DNA from: Macrostomum hystrix
Lineage: Eukaryota; Animalia; Platyhelminthes
Length of the DNA: 64,000 nucleotides
Assembly (NCBI GenBank): GCA_950097015.1
Contig: CATNEN010000005.1
Span: forward strand, 4,154,001-4,218,000
Direction: 5' to 3'
Part shown: piece by piece, positions 61,577 to 64,000 of the stretch
Numbering within the stretch: the first letter of the stretch is position 1
How the letters are laid out: every line of letters begins with the position of its first letter
Translations under genes and position numbers: made by a program
The notes under the pieces: generated by a model
What the model saw: only the letters and a program-made list of their open reading frames with translations
What the model was told of the DNA's origin: nothing
The model's database searches: none

Positions 61577-62501
61577 ACTTTGATAATGAGGTTTCTCTTT
61601 GTTTTTCAGAGTTTCTATATAGGGTACACAGCTGATCTGCAAGTAAGAGTAGTGGTCTATGGCAAAGAAGGGAAGTGAAGTGACTTCTAGATAAAGAGCT
61701 CTATCATTTTGCTAAAAAAATTATACAATATGAAAATACTCTTTCAACTGATTCTCAATATCCTAATTTTATTGGATAAAATTGTTAATTCAATAAAATC
61801 ACGACGAAGAGTTATCTAAGAATTCTGTGGATGTCATTAAAAAATCATGGGATTCTGGTGCTTGGCTTCACAATAATTGAAGGGTCAATAAACAAGTATT
61901 GTTGATCAGACTCTACACAACCACCAATAAGAAGTGCAGCTGCAATTGAAAAATCTTAGTACTGGCATGCATAATCTGTTGGGTCCATGCAAGATTTGAT
62001 GAAAGTGCTTAGCTATATAATTTTACATAGACATAGTATCATTGTATTAGTGCATTTTTTGTTAATTTCGAATAAAAAATATTGTGCATGATTTCGCTTT
62101 AAAGTTTTATTTCCTAAGATTTATTTAGTGTGCTGTGTTTTATCAAAGCTATAGAGTACATTTCCTAAAAAGTTTATAACATTGTACTTCTGTGCAAATT
62201 TGAGATTAGTGCATCAACATGTGAGCATTTGTGCTATTATTATTTCTTGTGAGCCAGGCCCTCAAGAAAATGAAATTTTGGAGGCAGTGGAGCATCAGCC
62301 CACTTATCCTAGGCCACCCCTTAGCGGCAACAATGCCAGGATCAGCAACAGCGCTATAGCGCCAGTAATGGAATCAGTGTCAGCAGCAGCCTTGGCAGCA
62401 GCAGCAGCACTAGCAGTATTGGCAAGAGAAGCAACACTAGCAGAGCCCATAGTGGCCATTTAAATGCAAAAGAAAAACACCCTTGCCTAGAAGACATGGT
62501 A

Positions 62502-62889
62502 GGCGATCATGAACTTTCCCGCGTTTAATTATTTTTTTATCTTGTTCGTAACCTTTAAGTGCGGGGTGATGAAAATTAGTATTATAAAAGTTCAGGGGCA
62601 TAAAAACACTAGGTACCACGATTATTAGTTAATAAAGAGTCACAGTCAGCAGGGGTAGTAGTGGCAGATCCAGAATAGGATGTGTCCGAACTGATTCGGG
62701 AACGTCCAGCGCCACATAAATTCCTGGAGATATGTATGGACCTGGAGGTGCCGTGCATCGCTCGGAACTTCGCCTTGCAGTTCCCCCACATGCCCTCGAT
62801 GGTGCTTGTGTTTGTTTTGGTCTTCCGGCCATGTCTTCAATGTAGAACAAGACAAAAAATTATTAAACGCGGGAAAGTTCATGATCGCC
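62502..62889. mobile_element. Non-autonomous Mutator (MULE)-type element, 388 bp, 45-46-bp TIRs, 9-bp TSD
   Basis: TIRs 62502-62547 and 62845-62889 (first 27 nt identical); TSD GACATGGTA at 62493-62501 and 62890-62898. Confidence 0.9.
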
Positions 62890-63544
62890 GACATGGTAGT
62901 CCAGAGCTCTGGTCAGTGCCCATGTAGGCCAAGTTTGGAGCAGAGGGCAAGGCAATGCCTTCAAGATCAAGCAGCAGCCATGGCTCCCCGTCATACATGC
63001 GCAACACCCGGCCGACCTGGCCGAACCGGCCGGGTGAAACGAGGGCCAACCCGGCCAAGCAAGGTAAGTCGCATTCCCTTATCTATTAAAACTCTAGAAA
63101 ATAGACAATAAAGGAGGCTCAGCAGCTAATTGAAGCAGTGATCTGAGAGTGATCTCATGGATGTTGAGTTCACAATATTAAAAATCTAGGAGTTTTTTTA
63201 GAAGAAATATTTTTCTTCAATATATAAATATTTATAAAAGCATATGTTTACCATTTGAGGAGACATAGACAAATAAAACTGCTAAAGTTAAAAAATTAAA
63301 ATAACTATCACGTAAAGTAGTTTTTCTCAAGTGCAAACATTTAAGTAAGCCCAGTCAATTGCAGAAAAAAATACTTAGAGTCAAGGTTCGCAGGCACGAT
63401 AATTAGAATGGCTAGTGCCTAGACAAATTAGATAGATTAAGGATCTGTGAGGACCAATAGTGGGAGAACTGGGAATCAGGTGATAGGAAGTGGATTAAGA
63501 GACGACAAGAAACACTATGGGTGCGTTGATTGAATAGAAAACTT

Positions 63545-63600
63545 GAATAGAATAGAATAGAATAGAATAGTATAGAATAGAATAAAACTTGAATTGAATA
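63545..63600. repeat. (AATAG)n microsatellite
   Basis: Direct reading. Confidence 0.85.
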
Positions 63601-64000
63601 GAAAAGATTGAATAGAAAACATAAAATTACAATTATGGTTAGTAAAATAAAAATCTGAACTGCTTTAAATTTTATTATTTTCTAACATGAATTACAGCGC
63701 TACCGCTTACTTTGCTATGCATTGAAATGGAAAATAAAATTTTGTTATGATAATCATTGAGCCGTATAAATAACGCGCACGCGCGCGTTACATACAAGGA
63801 CCACTAGAAGATCTTCCAGTGGTCCTTTTTTACATACTGATTTCTATACCGTCCGGTGCGAATAGAGTGCCTTTATGTGTGTATAGCACACCCACCCTGC
63901 TTGAGTGCAACGGCGGTAATGTAATTGTGTCTGAATATTTCTTTATAGGCCTAGCGATTTTCTTTCTGTATTCGTAGCTAAAAGTTATTAACAATGCATT

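Noticed and set aside
63796-63832. Bacterial rho-independent terminator
   Set aside because: The context is eukaryotic with no bacterial-type gene upstream; kept only as an unexplained palindrome.

Overview
Eukaryotic (animal) genomic DNA with spliced genes whose introns and intergenic spaces are full of minisatellites and tRNA-derived SINEs. The poly-Ala/Gln-rich coding style and repeat landscape suggest a free-living flatworm such as Macrostomum (inference only). I reconstructed these minus-strand genes by hand from GT-AG sites with matching phases: a partial coiled-coil gene resembling EVI5, an Nkx2.2/vnd-type homeobox gene, a NOL4-like gene, two tandem ankyrin-repeat-caspase fusion genes with intact catalytic His/Cys, two intronless secreted precursors with acidic spacers and long cationic repeat tails, a two-domain LAMP, and an intronless ERI1. 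Mobile DNA includes several tRNA-headed SINE families (some sharing a 3' tail), decayed non-LTR RT fragments, a 9-bp-TSD Mutator-type MITE, a TA-flanked MITE and a hAT end. The strongest leads are (1) the ANK-caspase pair, (2) a ~110-nt Pol III-type unit with a complete minimal hammerhead ribozyme core between its A and B boxes, and (3) the pair of antimicrobial-peptide-like or adhesive-like secreted polycation precursors next to the caspases. Most long ORFs in the supplied track are artefacts of tandem repeats.
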